From an uncultured Dehalococcoidales bacterium (lineage in GTDB: Bacteria; Chloroflexota; Dehalococcoidia; Dehalococcoidales; UBA2162): a DNA stretch of 64,000 nt. Shown in pieces: positions 47,958 through 57,956 of this stretch. Below the pieces are notes generated by a model that saw only the letters and a program-made list of their open reading frames with translations, made no database searches and had not been told where the DNA came from. The stretch lies in assembly GCA_964453525.1 (NCBI GenBank), contig CAYVOV010000002.1, forward strand, positions 10,189 through 74,188, written 5' to 3'. Every line of letters begins with the position of its first letter. Position 1 is the stretch's first letter. Position numbers and translations under genes: made by a program.

Positions 47958-50900
47958 TTACTCCATATGCTCGCGTACTACAGTGTCAGCATCATTAAGT
48001 GCGGAAGCCTCGTTCCACAGACGGCTTTCACTTGGCTTAATAATCCAGAAAGTCTCGTTATCATAAACTCTTAGGTTACGTTGTACATAAAGATGATCAG
48101 TGATTTTTAAGCGAAGGTGCTCTGATATTTGACCTAGAAGGTCCTGAATACCCGCTATTTGAAATTCATTAATCGTGTTAGCATTACCTCGTTTTTGTAA
48201 CGTGAAATGACATGCTCTTAATGGTGCCTTTTGCACGTTAAATATTGTAGCTGAAAGCTGAAGGTCACCATGATATAAAATTTCATTTAGCTGCAAACAT
48301 ATTCGTCTTGCATAGTCGATAAGTTCTTGGGAAGTTGGTTCTCCAATCGCGAGACTATACTTAGCAGTCCTCCTTTGAAGTAAAGGATCTATCGTATATG
48401 TTATTGTATCCCTAATTAGAATAATTTCTTGCTCAGTTAGTTCATATAGACTGAATATTTCGTTATCTAGAGCATCTTCTGCTTGCTTTATATTATCCGC
48501 AAGTATTCCAATAGCGTTTAAAGTCCAGTTGTTTCGGAGCCAATTTTCCAAAGCCAGCACTCTATTCCATTTTGTACCAGAGCTTTCGTTAATAGAGGCT
48601 GGTACAGGTATATGCATCCAGTCTCTTGGCTCGATTGTCCTCCAATCCCAACCTAAAGCATAGCCAAACATAAAGGTAAAATATCTAGCTGCCTTTGAGT
48701 TAAGAACTGCATTCAATCGAAAGGCAAGCGACTGTGATGTATGCGCGAACGAAATTCCATAGTACGTATGGTCAATAATAGCTTGATTCATATCATTCGA
48801 TGCTTCTAGCAAAGCAGCGCATTGTTTGTTATCTTGTAATGCTCTACAAAGAACTAGCATGGGTAATTGGAATTTACCTAATCTATAGACCTTTCGATAA
48901 TTAAAAGGTTGAAGATCATGAAAGTCAATTCGATAGCGGCTCCTAAAGCCCGAAGCTAGAAACGGTAATCCTAGGAGTTTCGAAGCATCACGCTGTCCCT
49001 TGTCTGTTACGGAAATACCATATGCCCGATGGATTTGCTTACGGATTCCTGCTTCTAGCAGTACTCTATCTAAAGTGGGTAATTCCTGTGTTCTGGAGAG
49101 TAAGCGGAAGTCTCGCGGAGTACCACGGAAAGCTGACTTCCAGAGGAAAGAGTAATTTTGTAATAGATCTTGAGAAAGAGCCTGGATATCATTACCAGAT
49201 ATGACTATTTCGTCTCGCTTGCGTATCCCTGGATACCATTTTGGTGTTATATATTGTAACAAGGAACTAGAGTCCGGCTTTTTAGAAGAGTATATTACCA
49301 CTGACGCTGGTAATCCAGCTGATGACATCTTACCGAATAGAAGCTTCTCACTAGCAAGGTCAGATAGGTTTACTACACAGTGCAAAGTGTTATTTTGCAT
49401 AAACTTTTTTCTCCAGCGTTCGCCTTTCAAAGACGACTGGTGAAACAAGCGGCTACCAACTACGAGAGCAATTGTAGAATCCTTATTAGAAAAATCTCTG
49501 GAACGCCACATGAAAGCTTGGTCTGGTTTGTTGTCTGGAATATTTTCTTGCTGGCAATATTCTAAATCCCATTGACGTTCTATATTTTCAAGGTTCTCAG
49601 GTTTCTTCAGGGCAGTCCATGGGGGATTCCCAGAAATAAGATCAAATCCACCATTGGAAAATGGGAAATTATGATTAAAATCATGTTCAGTATTGAAAAA
49701 ATCCTGGATGTATAGATTGGGTGGTTGGTTATCTTGCTGATTGTTTTCAAGCAGTGGAGGAAAACGCAGAGCATCGGGTGGTTGAGGGTCTGGATCAAGC
49801 TCTAAAAGTGCTAAGTAAAGACTAAAAGCTGCTACATAGACTGCATCGGGATCTTTGTCCATTCCGAAAATCTGCTTCTGCAGTGTCTCGTGAAGTTCCT
49901 CTCTATTCAATTCACGGCCGCATTCCTTTTCTTTAAGCCAGACAAGTCGTCTAAATGCCTCTACTAGGAATACTCCTGAACCGCATGCAGGATCGAGTAT
50001 TCGAGCTTTAGGTCGGATATTTTTCATGCCCAGACTGAGGACCAGTTCAACTAGATTAAATCGTGTATAGTGAATACTCATTGCTTCTGCCTTTTCCGGG
50101 TCTCTCACATGGGCAAACATTTCATATATACTGCTGATCAATTCAATAGGGATGATATTAAATGAATAAGGCCAAAGCCTGGGTTGTGTGTCAGGAAAAG
50201 CCTTCATATCGTGCCCTGACAGGAAGCGGTAAAGAATATCTAAATGATCCAATTGAATATCTTGTTCCTCTTTTGAGGTAAGAGGGAACAAATCGCCGTT
50301 AAAAGTAGTACGAAGCCATTCAAAGAAGGTGTAGGTCTTCTCTTTATCACTAAGAAGCTCCTTAAATTCGGTGCAGTTGTAGGTATGAAAATTAGCCGAT
50401 TTTATTATTTTTCTATCTTCCAGATACTTGACAAATATAGCTCTTCCAAGCAATGCGTGAGCCGTCGTAGAATCAAGTTTCTTGCCGACTAATAATCTTT
50501 CAGTTGTTGTCAGATCTCTTAGTAATGCCGAATCTACACGCTGGTCTGGGTTTACCTTACGTCCTTGTCCGGTTCGCCAAAACTCACCAGTGTCAAATTT
50601 GCTTTTGTGAAATTCCTCAACATTTTTGAGGTCCTGTTCAATACTACCTATTTCTCCAAGCAAGTGATTTTGGGGATTTTTCAGGTCGTCAGGCTGAGGC
50701 CGAGCGAAACTATTGTAAATTCGTATTGCATCAGTAGTGACTATCCAGAGAGTCGGTATTCGCCCATGGTTCCATATCTTAGTACGAAGTTGATAAATCA
50801 TCTCATTGGTGAGAGTATCTGTGAATTTGAAATATATACAGGGAGTCCCTGGAATCTCATCTGTGGGGCCAGGTACTTCGTAGATAAGATCGGTATTTAT

Positions 50901-51056
50901 ATCAGTTTCCTTTAATAGGCTTCTATAGCGTAGATATGTGGTGACTCTTTCTTTGGCGCGCTCGGAATTAATGAGGCCGGAGACTACTTGCCCTTCTTCA
51001 ATAAATCCACACTTTTCTAATAGTTCTTTGAATTGTCCGATTGTCTCGGGACTCAT
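47958..51056 (-). CDS. Large N6-adenine DNA methyltransferase (gamma-class, type IIG/BREX PglX-like architecture)
   Basis: Motif I ILDPACGSGVFLVEAF precedes motif IV ISGNPPWTA. It has long N- and C-terminal extensions (1032 aa). Confidence 0.85.
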   Translation of the reverse strand: MSPETIGQFKELLEKCGFIEEGQVVSGLINSERAKERVTTYLRYRSLLKETDINTDLIYEVPGPTDEIPGTPCIYFKFTDTLTNEMIYQLRTKIWNHGRIPTLWIVTTDAIRIYNSFARPQPDDLKNPQNHLLGEIGSIEQDLKNVEEFHKSKFDTGEFWRTGQGRKVNPDQRVDSALLRDLTTTERLLVGKKLDSTTAHALLGRAIFVKYLEDRKIIKSANFHTYNCTEFKELLSDKEKTYTFFEWLRTTFNGDLFPLTSKEEQDIQLDHLDILYRFLSGHDMKAFPDTQPRLWPYSFNIIPIELISSIYEMFAHVRDPEKAEAMSIHYTRFNLVELVLSLGMKNIRPKARILDPACGSGVFLVEAFRRLVWLKEKECGRELNREELHETLQKQIFGMDKDPDAVYVAAFSLYLALLELDPDPQPPDALRFPPLLENNQQDNQPPNLYIQDFFNTEHDFNHNFPFSNGGFDLISGNPPWTALKKPENLENIERQWDLEYCQQENIPDNKPDQAFMWRSRDFSNKDSTIALVVGSRLFHQSSLKGERWRKKFMQNNTLHCVVNLSDLASEKLLFGKMSSAGLPASVVIYSSKKPDSSSLLQYITPKWYPGIRKRDEIVISGNDIQALSQDLLQNYSFLWKSAFRGTPRDFRLLSRTQELPTLDRVLLEAGIRKQIHRAYGISVTDKGQRDASKLLGLPFLASGFRSRYRIDFHDLQPFNYRKVYRLGKFQLPMLVLCRALQDNKQCAALLEASNDMNQAIIDHTYYGISFAHTSQSLAFRLNAVLNSKAARYFTFMFGYALGWDWRTIEPRDWMHIPVPASINESSGTKWNRVLALENWLRNNWTLNAIGILADNIKQAEDALDNEIFSLYELTEQEIILIRDTITYTIDPLLQRRTAKYSLAIGEPTSQELIDYARRICLQLNEILYHGDLQLSATIFNVQKAPLRACHFTLQKRGNANTINEFQIAGIQDLLGQISEHLRLKITDHLYVQRNLRVYDNETFWIIKPSESRLWNEASALNDADTVVREHME

Positions 51057-51352
51057 TTTTCGTCTCCCTTGTCTCCTGGTTGGGGACTGCTAACTAGTTC
51101 GTAACACCAACCATGATCGTCACGTACGGAGCGAATATTATATCCACGATTCCTAAGTTCGGTGATAATTCTATGGGTGGTAGCTTGAGAAACATGTATA
51201 GAGGTGGAGATTTTTTTCGCGTTCATCGAATTGTGAGTGATTAGATCAATTACTCGCTGAAATCGTCGCTCAATTTGACGGGAACGCTCATAAGGCATAT
51301 GCTTCACACTTTTTCTAAAATTATAAATCAAAAAATGATATATGTCAATCAT
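51053..51352 (-). CDS. HTH transcriptional regulator (candidate controller protein)
   Basis: HTH segment AKKISTSIHVSQATTHRIITELRNRGY. Its stop overlaps the MTase start (ATGA). The true start is probably ATG 51298 (MPYERS), which leaves the palindromes upstream. Confidence 0.65.
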   Translation of the reverse strand: MIDIYHFLIYNFRKSVKHMPYERSRQIERRFQRVIDLITHNSMNAKKISTSIHVSQATTHRIITELRNRGYNIRSVRDDHGWCYELVSSPQPGDKGDEK

Positions 51353-51394
51353 AAATTGATATATTTATATCATTAACTGATAGATATATATCAG
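51335..51394. promoter_or_regulatory. Three AT-rich palindromes upstream of the HTH-MTase operon (operator candidates)
   Basis: ATGAT-N8-ATCAT (51335-51352), TGATATA-TT-TATATCA (51357-51372), CTGATA-N6-TATCAG (51377-51394). Confidence 0.5.
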
Positions 51395-51599
51395 TATTAT
51401 GATGCCCGAAGTGACGTAACCGATTACAGCTTCATACCCTTTGATCCCAAACTAACTCCCTAATCTTGAATCCCTGAGCACAAGCCTCGTTCTCTTCACA
51501 TTCTTGTCTGAAGAAATTTATTAGCTTGATAGGCATGTAAATTGTTTATCCACTTGTTCTTTGCTCCAACCATTAAAGCTAAAGTGGTCACCCACTGGT

Positions 51600-51798
51600 C
51601 AAACCACCAAGACCAGATTGGGTAACCACTGGTCGAACCACTGAAGCTAATTGGGTGGTTTTCAACCGCTCGTAAGACCCCTAAATCGAAGCTAAATCCG
51701 CCTCCACCAGGGTCACCCCCCTTGAATTCAGTGAATACGAGGCAAAACTACGGTAGCAAATACGTGGCAGTAGATACGAGGGTAGTAGATACGAGCCT
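51600..51798. repeat. Right inverted repeat (IR-R) of the cassette
   Basis: It is the reverse-complement match to 42956-43135 and carries an extra copy of the CTCGTATCTACT iteron. Confidence 0.75.
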
Positions 51799-51975
51799 AA
51801 TTTTCAAGGGTGGTCATTTAGGGGCCGGGGGGTCACCCCCTGGGTCACTTCCAATAGAGCTAGTAAATAGGCGATAAAACTACGGTAGCAGATAGGTGCC
51901 AGTAGATAGGAGGGTAGTAAATAGGAGTCCATATTTTTAGGGTGGTTATTAAGGGGCCGGGGGTGACCCCTCCCT
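51712..51975. repeat. Two diverged ~130-bp tandem units with iteron-like 11-mers and GGGGTCACCCC/GGGGTGACCCC hairpins
   Basis: AAAACTACGGTAGCA recurs at 51744 and 51876. There are multiple RTARATASGAG motifs. GC-rich palindromic cores end each unit, next to the recombinase gene. Confidence 0.7.
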
Positions 51976-51988
51976 ATAGGTGGGGATA

Positions 51989-52678
51989 CTATGCGCTGCT
52001 GGTACTCCAGAGTCTTTGGTACCAGTCTCTATGCTCATCACCAGACACCTTGCGGTATTTCATGGTGGTAGCAATGCTCTGGTGACCGAGATGCTCTTGT
52101 AGAAGCCTGAGACCATCACTGGAACCATCAAGCTTGATGGCATGAGTAGCAAAGGCATCACGCAGCCGGTGCGGGCTGATACCCTTGACTTGTCCGGTCT
52201 CTCGATTAGCCAGCTTCTCCAGTCCCGCTCTTTCACCACAGCTCTTGATAATATACCAAGCAGCATAACGGGTTAGGCCAAAGAGCAGCCGATGACCGTT
52301 TACGCCTACAGGACCACCACGAGTGATGTATTCTCTCAGCATATCAAGGGTATCATCATCCACTGGTAGAATCCGATGACGTCGGTGTTCTCTCTCATTA
52401 ATTACTGCTTGTTCTACCATTAAGCCACACCCCGGACAGAACCGGGCAGTTCTACTTAACCTCTGCTTGCAGGTAGGACAGGAGAGTTTGATTCTCCTCT
52501 TCAAGTGGACAATAGTAACTGTACCCTGGTCGAAGTCGATATCACTGACTGTAATACCCAAAGCCTCAGAGACTCGACAGCCAAGGCGGGCCAGCAACCT
52601 GACCAGGAGCTTATCCCTTAGGCATTCAGCTGCTTGCTCAATCCGGTCTACTTCCCTTGGCTCAAGGTATGTCTTCAT
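51989..52678 (-). CDS. Short tyrosine recombinase/integrase with inserted zinc ribbon
   Basis: Catalytic-domain motifs are present: RVSEAL (Arg I), HRLRDAFATH (H-x-x-R), LGHQSIATTMKY (His, Tyr). A CPTC...CPGC insertion is present and there is no N-terminal SAM-like domain. Confidence 0.8.
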   Translation of the reverse strand: MKTYLEPREVDRIEQAAECLRDKLLVRLLARLGCRVSEALGITVSDIDFDQGTVTIVHLKRRIKLSCPTCKQRLSRTARFCPGCGLMVEQAVINEREHRRHRILPVDDDTLDMLREYITRGGPVGVNGHRLLFGLTRYAAWYIIKSCGERAGLEKLANRETGQVKGISPHRLRDAFATHAIKLDGSSDGLRLLQEHLGHQSIATTMKYRKVSGDEHRDWYQRLWSTSSA

Positions 52679-53061
52679 CTTGCTAGTTCTTAAAACATTT
52701 GATTTTTAACTTTTTGCATTCTTAGTATCCAACATAAAGTCATAAGGTTAAATTTCCAGAACGAGCTATATTATCATAACTTCCCAGCGGAGAAGGAAAA
52801 TTTACAGACTCCGGAGTTTGACTTCATTATGAGACAAAAAGGGCATACTTAGTACTTGTAAATTTCAGTTGGATTCCACTTTCCTTTTTAATAAGATTCG
52901 TTATTTTCAAAATATACCTAGGTACCACAGAAGTTTATTTGTCGGTAGTATTCTAGCGGGTCGTTTTTTGACAGGTCCATTTCAGGGTATTACACTGTTA
53001 GTTGTACGGAAGTACGAGCCGGTCAGGTAGTAATATTTCCTGTTACACACAGGGGTGAGAG

Positions 53062-53730
53062 ATGGGTCGAATAAAGGTGCTTTTACTGGATGATAAAGAG
53101 ATTCCGCGGGAGGCTTTAGCCCGACTACTCGATGAGCAAGAACAGATAGAGGTGGTTGCCCGATGCTCCAATGTTAAGAAAGCTCTTAAGGAGGTCGAAC
53201 GAACTAAACCTGACCTGGTCCTAGTAGATAGCAATCTATCCGAGTGTGATAGTAATGAAGCCGCCCGAAAGATAAATGAATCTGCCCCAGAGGTGAAGGT
53301 AGCCATGCTCACTGATTCAAATAAGCAGGATGATATGATTTCTGCTATAGAATCAGGAGCCATCGGATACCTTCACAAGGAGAGTACAGTTGGTACCTTT
53401 ATTGAGTCCATTGAAATAGTTGGTAAGGGCGGCGTTGTAATATCTTCTCAGGTGGCTGAAAAGCTTGGTGATAGATTGAGTTCAGTGCCCTCAGACAAAG
53501 AGCTTGCGCAAACGATTCTTACTGAGCAGGAAATAGAGGTGGTAAAGCTGCTAGCAAAAGGTGCCAGCAATAAGGAAATAGCCAAGGCTCTATATATTGC
53601 AGAAAATACGGCCAAGGTACATGTTAAAAATATTCTGGGCAAACTGAAGTTGCGTAATCGTCAACAAATAGTAGCTTATGCCGTACAGAAGGGTCTTGTA
53701 ACTGAAATAGACGATAAAGAGAATAAGTAA
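53062..53730 (+). CDS. NarL/LuxR-family response regulator (orphan)
   Basis: The receiver domain has LLLDD and DLVLVD. The C-terminal LuxR HTH reads ASNKEIAKALYIAENTAKVHVKNILGKL. No kinase gene is adjacent. Confidence 0.85.
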   Translation: MGRIKVLLLDDKEIPREALARLLDEQEQIEVVARCSNVKKALKEVERTKPDLVLVDSNLSECDSNEAARKINESAPEVKVAMLTDSNKQDDMISAIESGAIGYLHKESTVGTFIESIEIVGKGGVVISSQVAEKLGDRLSSVPSDKELAQTILTEQEIEVVKLLAKGASNKEIAKALYIAENTAKVHVKNILGKLKLRNRQQIVAYAVQKGLVTEIDDKENK

Positions 53731-53894
53731 ATACCCAACAATTAGTTAATCATCTGAAGCGCTGCAAAAAGGGTTATCGAAAGATAGCCCTTTTCTTTTA
53801 TAAAAATACCCCGGATGCGGTATATCTTCACAGTATACGAGAGACTAGACTGGTATTTAGAACTCACAGCGATAGAGATAATGCATGATAATTC

Positions 53895-54095
53895 ATGGAC
53901 TGGGGGGAAATAGGTATGCAGGAAACAAAATCGACTGAGTTTAATGTAGGAGAACGAGTAGTTTACCCCAAGGAAAACAGGAAAGGCACTGTGATTGATC
54001 TTACCGTTTACGGTGCAGTGGAGGTTAAGTGGGACAATGGCCAGCAACAGCTTATGAATGCCGACCAGCTTAGAAAAATCGAAAGTGGAGGTTAA
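53895..54095 (+). CDS. Small hypothetical protein
   Basis: 66-aa ORF with an SH3/KOW-like VGERVVY...GTVIDL pattern. The start is uncertain. Confidence 0.35.
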   Translation: MDWGEIGMQETKSTEFNVGERVVYPKENRKGTVIDLTVYGAVEVKWDNGQQQLMNADQLRKIESGG

Positions 54096-54772
54096 AACAA
54101 ATCCGGATATGTAGTGCATAACTTATATTTGCCGGAAATCAAGCCTGTAAGGCCTGGGAAGCAATGATCATAAATGAAAGTAAAAACGAAAAAAAGTAAA
54201 AAGAAAACCCGCAGACGTCTGAAAGCGTCGGCAACCGGTTTGCCCGCTGGCAGAACTACGTTAAAGAATTCTGTGTCTCCTGAACTGACTAAACTCAGTC
54301 CGATAAAATTATACAGACTGCGAAGGAAATCTTCATTAATGCACCTGTTAATGTCTGCTTCTCCCTCCTCAGAACTCAGCTTGAGCACCCACCTCAGTGG
54401 GACCCGGTAATTGTTAATGCCTGGCCTGTATCGGATTTCAGGAGTCAGGCAGGCACTACGAGCCAGCTAATTCTAAATCTTGGCAGTAGAGAGATAAGCT
54501 CTCAGGCAGTTATATACAAATACCGTCCTGAAAATGCCATAAGTTGGGTACTACCGACGAGCCAAAGGTAAGAGAAGAATGGCGATTAGAGATGAAGTCC
54601 GGTGGAATAGTAGCAAACTTGAAATTTGCTTATGAATTTAATGGAAACACCATAGAACGCTTCATATACAGGATTCTGTACTGGAGAAAGGTAAAAAAAG
54701 ATCTGAGAAGAACTCTTGCTCAACTTAAACGTACTATCGAGAATAATACGGTTAAGCAAAGGAGTGGAGGAA

Positions 54773-54997
54773 ATGAATATAGAGTACGGCTCCGAAGTAG
54801 TTGATAGAAGTGGGGTATTACTGGGAACCGTGGATTATGTGATACGAAATAGCTGGACTGGTGAAATTAGTAAATTTGTTGTTTATCGTCAATCACCTGA
54901 AAAAGATTTAGCCTTTTCTCCAGAAGATGTAATCGAAGCAACCGAGTCTGGCATTAGACTTGGCGTATCTTCTAGCGAATTAACAAAGAAGGACTAA
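54773..54997 (+). CDS. PRC-barrel domain protein
   Basis: ATG 54773 follows GGAGTGGAGGAA. The pattern G..V.D..G..LG.V......TGEI..FVV is present. Confidence 0.55.
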   Translation: MNIEYGSEVVDRSGVLLGTVDYVIRNSWTGEISKFVVYRQSPEKDLAFSPEDVIEATESGIRLGVSSSELTKKD

Positions 54998-55028
54998 TAG
55001 CAGGAGATTACAGGAGGAAAGATACACT

Positions 55029-55229
55029 GTGTTTGCGTTAAGGTGCCCGAGTTGTAGTAACAATACTTTTTTATCGTTAGCAGATTCTGGATATGAAGGT
55101 CCTTTCCGTTGCTGGAGATGCAAGGGACTCTTCATGGTTAAAATTGAGAATGAAGAACTTAAGTCCTGCAAGCCGATGACCGAAGACGAGCTTGAAAGGT
55201 TGCAAGAGGCCGAATCTCTTGAAAGCTGA
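55029..55229 (+). CDS. Small zinc-ribbon protein
   Basis: CPSC...CWRC. GTG start after AGGAGG. Confidence 0.45.
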   Translation: MFALRCPSCSNNTFLSLADSGYEGPFRCWRCKGLFMVKIENEELKSCKPMTEDELERLQEAESLES

Positions 55230-55257
55230 ACAAAACTGACCTTGCTAGATACAAATT

Positions 55258-56139
55258 ATGATAACTAAAAGACAAGCTAGAGCAGTAGAAGAGGATTTTT
55301 CTCTGGAAGCAACCACGAGATATATCAATGACGTTTCCAGGTTTACCCTCCTGAAAAGCGAACAGGAGAAATTATATGGTTGGCAGATGAAACACGGCAA
55401 TTATGAAGAAGCTAGGAAGGCAAGGCGGTGCCTTATCGAAGGTAATTTACGCCTCGTGATAAGTATTGCCAGGAGATACCAGGATAGAGGGCTTTCTTTA
55501 ATGGATCTGATTCAGGAAGGTAACCTGGGGCTAATGAAGGCTGCAAATAAATACGACTATCGAAAAGGCTTCAAGTTCAGCACTTATGCCACTTGGTGGA
55601 TTCGGCAGTCTATTAACCGTGCTCTTGCTGATAAAAGCCGGACTATACGTATTCCGGCCCATATGGTGGAGTCAATGAGTAGGCTTTCTCGTGTCAGCCA
55701 TAATCTTATTCAAGAATACGAAAGGGAACCAACTAATCAGGAACTGGCGGATGAAATGCAAATCTCTCCTGACAAAGTAACCAGAATAGTTAAAGCCGCA
55801 AGGCATCCGGTTTCGTTAGAATCGCCTGTAGGGGCAGAAGCGGACGGAGACACGCTTGCTGATTTTGTGGAGGACAAGGATTCGCCTCAGCCAGTGGAAA
55901 TAGCAGCAGGTAACTTACTTAAGGAACAACTGGATGATGTATTGTCATCTCTTACGGAGAAAGAGCGTCGCGTCATTGAGTTGAGATTTGGCTTGAATAA
56001 TGGTCGTGGTCATACTCTTGATGAGATAGGCCATGAGTTTGGAATTACAAGAGAGCGTGTCCGTCAGATTGAAAAGAGAGCGCTGGTTAAGTTAAGGACA
56101 TGTGAAATTATTCAGGAAATGAGGGAATACCTGGATTAA
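55258..56139 (+). CDS. RNA polymerase sigma-70 factor, RpoD/SigA-like (no region 1.1)
   Basis: Region 2 ([47 protein letters not shown]), region 3 and region 4 ([19 protein letters not shown]). Confidence 0.9.
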   Translation: MITKRQARAVEEDFSLEATTRYINDVSRFTLLKSEQEKLYGWQMKHGNYEEARKARRCLIEGNLRLVISIARRYQDRGLSLMDLIQEGNLGLMKAANKYDYRKGFKFSTYATWWIRQSINRALADKSRTIRIPAHMVESMSRLSRVSHNLIQEYEREPTNQELADEMQISPDKVTRIVKAARHPVSLESPVGAEADGDTLADFVEDKDSPQPVEIAAGNLLKEQLDDVLSSLTEKERRVIELRFGLNNGRGHTLDEIGHEFGITRERVRQIEKRALVKLRTCEIIQEMREYLD

Positions 56140-56163
56140 ATTAAAGAGAGGACATTATTGAAT

Positions 56164-56477
56164 ATGTTATCTGTAAGCAACAGGGCTATACAGCAATTAA
56201 AAGAGCAATTGATAAGCAAATGCTATAAGGCAAATATAGGGGCTTCAGGGTAGAAGTGAATACGGATAATTCTGGAGGGAGGGCCTTCAGTATCAGACTT
56301 GACAGGAAGCGTCAGACAGATGAGGTCGTAGAGTCAAACGGCGTAAAGATATTAATTGACCCGCTTAATGCTTTACGAATAAGCGATTATGAGCTTGATT
56401 TTCAGGATGGGAGAGAAGACGGATTTTTTCTGAATAATATGCAGAATATGCAGGAGGTAAAAGTTGAGCCAGAATAA
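56164..56477 (+). pseudogene. HesB/IscA-fold small protein, paralog a, frameshifted at a G-run
   Basis: MLSVSNRAIQQLKEQL...ANIG stops at TAG 56251. The family body (GFRVEVNTD...VVESNGVKILID...LDF) continues in another frame from about 56240. A 1-nt indel near GGGG 56239-56242 would restore the gene. Confidence 0.6.
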
Positions 56478-56715
56478 TGCATTGAAATTGTGTCAAAAAC
56501 TAAAAGATGAGGTGAATATAACCGAGGATTCGGATCCAATTAACAAGCTAAGGCTACGCATCCTGGACTACTTTATTGACCGGGGAGTCGGTGATGATAT
56601 TTTCGAAGAAGTTTTAAAAGCGAGGATAAATGACCCGGACCCGGCTAAAAAAGAAAGTGGGGTAATCTGTGCCCAGATTCTGGAGGCATGGCAGAGTTAC
56701 ATTAAAGCTTATTAG
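56464..56715 (+). CDS. Small hypothetical protein
   Basis: 83-aa ORF overlapping the previous gene end by 14 nt. No family recognised. Confidence 0.4.
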   Translation: MSQNNALKLCQKLKDEVNITEDSDPINKLRLRILDYFIDRGVGDDIFEEVLKARINDPDPAKKESGVICAQILEAWQSYIKAY

Positions 56716-56736
56716 TAAAAAAGGTAAGTTGGCGCT

Positions 56737-57075
56737 ATGTTTTGGAAAAAGAAACAAAAGAAGAAAGAATCAGTCAAGAAGATTGAAGGCGACCTGTGGC
56801 AGTATTTTGTTAATAAGCAACACGTTCCACTTGATATATTGCGTAACATGAGACTGGTCGAACGTGACGCTACAGTCGGGGGAATGTTAGTAGGATTAAT
56901 AATGTTTCGTATTTTTCAGCCTAATGCCGCCAAGGAAAAAGGCATAACAATTGACAGCTATAGGAGCCTTGATAACTATCCAGAATTGATATTGTTCGAA
57001 GGCTACTATCAGATTACCAATGGTCAAATAAGTAACATCCGAATTGAAAAAACGCCGGAAAGACGAATCGTATAG
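56737..57075 (+). CDS. Small hypothetical protein with Lys-rich N-terminus
   Basis: 112-aa ORF, co-oriented in the array. Confidence 0.4.
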   Translation: MFWKKKQKKKESVKKIEGDLWQYFVNKQHVPLDILRNMRLVERDATVGGMLVGLIMFRIFQPNAAKEKGITIDSYRSLDNYPELILFEGYYQITNGQISNIRIEKTPERRIV

Positions 57076-57089
57076 TAGATGAGGCTTAT

Positions 57090-57356
57090 ATGGTATCCAT
57101 AACCGAGCGTGCAAAGCGATATTTAAAAACAGTACTGGTCGATAGTGGTGAAGGTCCTGACAAAGGGCTGAGGCTATTACCACTGAGCGACGTTGACTTT
57201 GTGCTGGTTATTGACACTGAAATGTCAGGTGATCAGGTTGTGGAATACAACGGATATAAAGTTCTACTAGTAGGTATCGAGTACTATAAATTCCTCGATG
57301 GTAAAACGTTGGATTGCCAGGATATAGAAAATGGGGCAGTTCTATTTGTGCGGTAG
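57090..57356 (+). CDS. HesB/IscA-fold small protein lacking cluster Cys, paralog b
   Basis: MVSITERAKRYLK...GLRL...DQVVEYNGYKVLLV...LDGKTLD. Confidence 0.65.
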   Translation: MVSITERAKRYLKTVLVDSGEGPDKGLRLLPLSDVDFVLVIDTEMSGDQVVEYNGYKVLLVGIEYYKFLDGKTLDCQDIENGAVLFVR

Positions 57357-57397
57357 CCAGATAATACGGTGAGTGAAAAAATTAGAGAGATATAAAA

Positions 57398-57604
57398 ATG
57401 CAGATAAGGTGGAGCGGTAATATCACATTTAGGATGGAAGGAAAAGAAGTCACCTACATCCTCGAAACTATCGGAGTAGAACAGCAAGGGAGAGATGTGC
57501 TTAACCTGAAAATCGCAACCAAAGGAAATAGAGCCGGGGTGGAAATTCCGCTATCGAGGCAGGACTGTAAAAAGCTTGTAATGGAACTTATACACAATCT
57601 ATAA
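57398..57604 (+). CDS. Small hypothetical protein
   Basis: 68-aa ORF between paralogs b and c. Confidence 0.35.
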   Translation: MQIRWSGNITFRMEGKEVTYILETIGVEQQGRDVLNLKIATKGNRAGVEIPLSRQDCKKLVMELIHNL

Positions 57605-57642
57605 CCTGGAAATAATACGTCGGACAAAGGAGGTGCTCAGGA

Positions 57643-57918
57643 ATGTTAACAGTAACTGAAGCAGCCATGGATAAACTGAAAGAGACCTTAAAGGCAAATA
57701 CCAATGACCAAGAAACCAGCCTGAGGTTAACTATGAAGCCGGCAGGACAGCTCGGCTTGGTGCTGGATAAAATATCGCCCGCTGATAGCATAGTAGAACA
57801 TGAGGGAGAAAAAGTCCTGATAATAAGCCATGAGATTGCCGAGCTGCTCAAAGGAGCGAAGCTTGATGTTGAAGATACTCCTGATGGTAAAACGCTGAAA
57901 ATATTCCAGGAACAATAA
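57643..57918 (+). CDS. HesB/IscA-fold small protein, paralog c
   Basis: MLTVTEAAMDKLKETL...SLRL...DSIVEHEGEKVLII...LDVEDTPDG. AGGAGG RBS. Confidence 0.7.
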   Translation: MLTVTEAAMDKLKETLKANTNDQETSLRLTMKPAGQLGLVLDKISPADSIVEHEGEKVLIISHEIAELLKGAKLDVEDTPDGKTLKIFQEQ

Positions 57919-57956
57919 ATCCAGTAACAAAGGATAACCTAGTGAAATTAGATTTA

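Noticed and set aside
51712-51975. Possible CRISPR array
   Set aside because: There are only two ~130-bp diverged tandem units. They lack the short-repeat and unique-spacer organisation, and there are no cas genes.
54092-54410. Overlapping 98-aa (minus) and 78-aa (plus) ORFs, and the 86-aa ORF at 54544-54804
   Set aside because: None has an RBS, recognisable motifs or paralogs, and I could not decide which strand, if either, is coding.
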